Below are positions 57,412-64,000 of a stretch of DNA of 64,000 nt, piece after piece. This stretch comes from Octopus vulgaris (taxonomy: Eukaryota). The stretch is taken from assembly GCA_951406725.2 (NCBI GenBank), contig OX597825.1:81530001-81594000 (forward strand). The letters are read 5' to 3'. A program made the translations under genes and the position numbers. How positions within the stretch are numbered: the first letter of the stretch is position 1; each line of letters starts with the position of its first letter. The notes under the pieces are model-generated. The model saw nothing but the letters and a program-made list of their open reading frames with translations, was not told the DNA's origin and did no database searches.

Positions 57412-58939
57412 GTATATATAATACATATATATATGTATATATGTATATAACACACACACACATATATATACATATACATATACATACACACACAGACACA
57501 TACACACACAGACACAGACACACACATACGCGCGCGCGCACACACATATATAAAACTTCCCGAACTTTAAACTAATACATCTGTTTGTTGTTTACAAACC
57601 CGTCTTCGTCTTTTGTTTTTTTTCCATAAAATCTCACTATATATGTATATCATATAATATACTATACTATAATATAATGGTGTATGATAATCTTTATACG
57701 GAGAGAAGACCACTCCCCAGCATAAATCCTTATACACTATTATATTATAAAAATCATTATGTCCTCTGACTTTTATTGCGCATGCTAAACACAGGTATAA
57801 ATTATTAATTTAATCATTTTTACCCTGTATACACCTGCGATATATGAACTAATTAATAATATATAATCAAATAATCATACATTTTATGCTGCAACTTTTC
57901 AAAAGTTGCTCAGGTATACAGAATATTGAACGTTGTGGTACCATATGTGATTTCTGGATCCCAAATTAGGAACTGCTGTATCCTTTTCGTTTGTTTTATT
58001 CTCAGGAGAGAAAGCAGCGTCTATGACCCTTAAGAAAGTCTCCAACTCTGGAGGTTGGAGAGGATAAAAAGGAAGGTTCACCGAAATTGGCTACCTGGCT
58101 TGAATTCTTGCAGCTTAGTGGACTCCGCTATGGGCACCCAAGGGGCTAGCTGATGATGGCGTTAAATAAACTGAATGACGGATTAAGTTAATCACTGGTG
58201 TAGGTCATGGTGGGCTCCGAACATACAGCGCGAAGAACCTGTACAAATATTGCAATGCATCAATCTGCCGTCTATTTTATGTTTCGCCACTCCACTGGCT
58301 TTGGATTGGCACTTGTTTTATGGACCGTGCGAAGATAAAAGGTAAGTTGTCTTCGTGGGGATTTGAACTCAGAGCAAATACCGCCGCTCGTTATATCCGA
58401 CGCTTTAATGACTCCGCCAATTGAACAAACAAGGTGTCTTGATGGCTTCGCTAATGTGTTAAATTGAAGACTAGAGCAGATGGCTTCACCATTGACCTTT
58501 GATAAAATAGGTGGCGGGGTTTTTCGTGGAAGGGGGAAGAAACATTTTTATATATTTATTTTATCTATTTGTTTGTTTGTTAATTTATTTATTGGCATCC
58601 ATCCCGGCCGAAAACATCTTGTCCGTCTGCCTCACTCGACGTTCAAATAAACCACAAACACGCATGCGCCACATGCGCGCACACTTGACTTCATGCAAAC
58701 CGCCATACGCACACATTGACACACAGAAACACGCGAACATGCACACACACACACACACACACACACTTTCATTTTCAATAACATTCAGTGATATGGAAAC
58801 TTATAACTTTGTTATGTCCCCAAGTCATAACTAATATATCCTATTAACTATATACGCACTTACACACTTACACACACAGACATACACGCATGAACCCACT
58901 TTTAAGTCTGTATATATATATGTACACATACATACATCC

Positions 58940-58992
<53 letters not shown>

Positions 58993-59155
58993 CGTGTGTG
59001 TGTGTGTGTGTGTGTATACATATACACACATTATTGTTATTTACATACACACATACATACACTACACGTGCACACATACATACACATACACATGTACATA
59101 CACGCATACATACATTTGTGTATTATACACACACAAACACACACACACACACACT

Positions 59156-59228
<73 letters not shown>

Positions 59229-59241
59229 TTAGGGAGATAGG

Positions 59242-59312
<71 letters not shown>

Positions 59313-60110
59313 TTAGATAGATAGATAAATAGATAGACAGACAGACTGATAGATAGATAGATATACGTACAATATTTTGTGAAAATTGAAACCGAGTGTT
59401 TCGTTTATATAAACATATATATTCTAATATGCACGCAAGTGATTGTGTGTGCATGTTTGCATGTCTGTATGTACGCATATGTGTGTATATATGTGTGTAT
59501 GATTGTGTGTATGTATGAGTGTATATGTGTGTATACGTGCGTGTATATGTGTAAGTGCATGTATGTATGCGTGTATTCATGTGTGTACATATGTGTATGT
59601 ATGTACGTATGTTTATCTAAGTGTATGCATATATGAAAATGGTGTCCGTGTGCGACGACCTCAGAAAACAGCATGGAACAGCCCGAGCCATCTGTTATGA
59701 ACCGGTGCTGATAGTTTATTTAACCAACGCCAATAATAACCGGCGGTCTTTTATGACGGTGCTTGCTTGGTCTGACGGTGTCGGCTGCTAAAATGTTTAA
59801 ACAAACAAATGGACGACCCAGCGATTTCGATCATGATTAAATAATCTCATTGGATTAAATTAAATATATAAATGATACAGTCTACGGTTGCCATAACAAC
59901 ATAAAAGTACGCCATCTATCGGTGGTGGTGATAATGGCGATGGGGGGATACATGTACGCGGTTGCTTTTTCTTTTTCTTTTTTTTTCCTTTTAATTTGTG
60001 GTTAATATTTTTGCGTTTGTTCCTCGCTGTGTCTGTGTGTGTGTGTGTGGGGGGGAGGATTCCCTGATTCTGTCATTTATTTCTGTCTCTCTACCCTCTC
60101 TTTCTCTTTT

Positions 60111-60149
<39 letters not shown>

Positions 60150-60395
60150 TTCACTGTGTGTGTGTGTGTGTTTATATCCCATACTGTTGTTTATCATGAC
60201 TACTGCATCCACCCCCACCTTATACTTTGATTCAATATAAACACCACTACCACCACCGCCACCACCACTATTTTATTATTTTTTTTTGATTTCCTGATTT
60301 GGCCTGTTTAACGTCATCTGTCACCCTTGAGGCAAATAGAGATACGATTATTAATATTATTAATATTATTAATATTATTACTATTATTATTATTA

Positions 60396-60429
<34 letters not shown>

Positions 60430-60552
60430 CATTGTTGTTGTTGCTGTTGTTGTTTCTTACTCCTTACACGCATTGCACGTAAATCCCCACTGTCCTTTGA
60501 GCTTTATCGTCATTTGCCTTTGTGTGCGGCCCTTGTGGCCAATAGAAAAAGG

Positions 60553-60613
<61 letters not shown>

Positions 60614-60674
60614 CCATCATTAGTGCTGTCCATTATGTTTTTCTTCGTGCTAACCTTTGTGATTAATAAGGAAA

Positions 60675-60712
<38 letters not shown>

Positions 60713-60736
60713 GTTGTTGTTGTTGTTGTTGTTGTT

Positions 60737-61070
<334 letters not shown>

Positions 61071-62573
61071 ATACTAATGTTTCGTTATCAGAAACGTTTG
61101 TTCCTGTTTCAGATTAACAGAGTTTGGAAAAAACGTCAGCGTAATTTTTTTTTCTTGTTTTTGCTGTTTTTTTAAAAAAATTTTTGCGACAAAAGAACTG
61201 TCTTCGCGCATGCGTCCTACACCACAACATTGTTCCTTCATGCCATCACCTTCATTTATTCGTTTATTCATTTCAAATAACATCCCCAGTTCACTTCTGT
61301 TGTAAAACAAACACCGTTGATGTTCAAAAGACACGTGACAAAAATAATAATACCCGGATGTCTGTTGGGTTTTTTTTTTGCGAACGGTTTTGACAAACAA
61401 ATAACAAACAAACGATAGGACATGAATTCCGATCATACTTGTCTTTCAGCTTGTCCTATTTTGGACAAGCTGGAACTAATACCTGTCAGCTTCCGGTTGG
61501 ATGTTATTTTCTTTTATCTTTTCTCACAGCCCGACACAATAAGTACCAGTCACCTACTAGCGACTCGAGATCTTTGACCACATCCCAACCTCTCTTGTAT
61601 CTATGTTAGAATTCCGTTTTACTGAGAACGGAATGTGTTTTCGAAGGAGAGTATAACCATGGCCGACCGGCGAATTAGCGGAATTCTTAGTATATCAGAG
61701 AAAATATCTCACAGTATTTAAATCCAAATCCTTATTTTTTTCGTTTCAAATCCCGCTGAAGACAACTTTTTCATTTTCATTCTTCTGAGTTCAGTAAAAT
61801 AAAGTGACATCCCAGCGGAGTGGCTTGGCTGAATTCTTAAAGCGTTAGACAAAATATCCTATCAAATTTCTCCTGTTTTGCTAGCTTTGCCACTTTTTCC
61901 ACCAGAATTAATAAAACATTGCCCCAGCGCAGAGCAGATGGTTAGTGGAATTCTTAAACATCAAACAAAAGCCTTTCCCTACTCAGTGTCATAGCAGTTG
62001 TGATCTTATCTCTATTTAGCCACAGGATTTCTTGTAAGAAAAAGTTGAACCGAAAATGCAGAAGTACGAAAAGTCCATGTCCCACGAAAAGTCCATAATG
62101 ATTGTCAAGGAACTCACCAGGTGATTGTTGATCTCGTCGACATAATGGCGCACGGGAGACGCATTTTTATAGTCTGTGTTCAAATCATGGTAAGATTACC
62201 TTTTTTGATAAAATGACTACTAACCATTTACTGAGTTCCAATTTAACTGAGTTGAAATAAGTCACTGTCACTCTCTGGCGAAAAGATCTTCTCTTGTGCC
62301 ACTATCAAATCCCAAGACTGTCATTAAAACTTGAAAAGGCGTTTCGTTCCAGTGTGTTTTGATTTAACATATTACAAGGAGCACCTGTATAAAACAAGTG
62401 TGAAGGATACAATAGAAACAACGGCAGATATCTGTGCAAAGTCAATATACATATTGTAGTAGTCGAAAGATGGTATCGTTCTCCCGTGGCATAATAGAAA
62501 CTTCTCAATGTGTCTGCGTATCCCGAATATCTCTGATCTAGTATTTAAATAGAAATTATAACCTACCTTCTCT

Positions 62574-62622
<49 letters not shown>

Positions 62623-63211
62623 CCACTACCGTCATCATCACCACTACCGTCATCATCTCTGTTCTAGTGTTTAAATAGAAATTATACTCTATCTTCTCTC
62701 ATGATGATGATGATGGTGGTCATCATGATCATGATGAGAATCATCATTACCATCATCATTATCGTCCCCATCATCATCATCATCAACAACATCATTATCA
62801 TCAGCAGCAGCAGCTGCAGCAGCAACAGCATCAGCAATACCACTAACAGCAGCAGCGGCAGCATCGTCGTTTTCCTCCTACTCCTCATCCTCACCACCAC
62901 CCCCATCCCCACCATCATCATCATCATCATTATACAACATCATCCTCATAATCGTCGTCCTCCACCATTGTCACCGCCATGGGGTCGGCGTTAGATTGAA
63001 TTCCTCGTAATACTTCATTGTGCTTCATTTCTCAATGTTTCGACCTTCCAATGTCCATCAGCCACGAACCTGTGATCATGAACTGTGACCGATGTAATCG
63101 ATATTGTCTCGTGTCCGTGTAAGAAGTCATCATTATTGTTATCATTATCATTCTTTTTCTTTTTATCTCAGGTTTTGTTCTAACTCCTGCAATCTTGCAT
63201 GCGTAGCGGGC

Positions 63212-63822
<611 letters not shown>

Positions 63823-64000
63823 AGTCGACGGTTCTTGCCATGACCTGTTGACTTGCAATCTTACTTTCACACGCATTCGTGAAGCACCGAAGCACCTCAC
63901 TCCCCACCCCCCGCACATTCACATACACGCTCACACACAAATACAAACATATAAGTATGTACAATCGCACGCACGCATACACGCATTCATCCAAACGCAC

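Noticed and set aside
62027-62120. Possible small plus-strand exon (MQKYEKSMSHEKSIMIVKELT)
   Set aside because: Too short, weak donor site, no recognisable homology.

Overview
This is AT-rich eukaryotic (animal) genomic DNA dominated by microsatellites ((TA)n, (CA)n, (GATA)n, (TACA)n, (AAT)n, (GAT)n, (AAG)n) and decayed transposable elements. The SINE families and overall composition suggest a cephalopod (Octopus-like) genome; this is my inference from recalled repeat sequences and was not checked against a database. No intact host gene can be supported, and nearly all ORFs in the track are microsatellite translations. Recognisable elements are an R4/Dong-like LINE remnant, mariner, Tc1 (DD34E) and maT (DD37D-spacing) transposase relics, Tx1-clade LINE 3' fragments beside GATA arrays, a non-autonomous Helitron, and three tRNA-derived SINE families (here A, B and C). 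Three unannotated signals stand out. (1) About a dozen type-I hammerhead-ribozyme-like motifs occur in several unrelated short repeat families. They include a diverged ~334-bp tandem dimer with one hammerhead core per unit, resembling a Penelope pLTR or retrozyme. (2) A young SINE subfamily has a 3' tail matching the 3' end of the Tx1 LINE in this window and forms head-less tandem multimers through a fixed junction. (3) There are several long inverted repeats, including a perfect 109-bp one.
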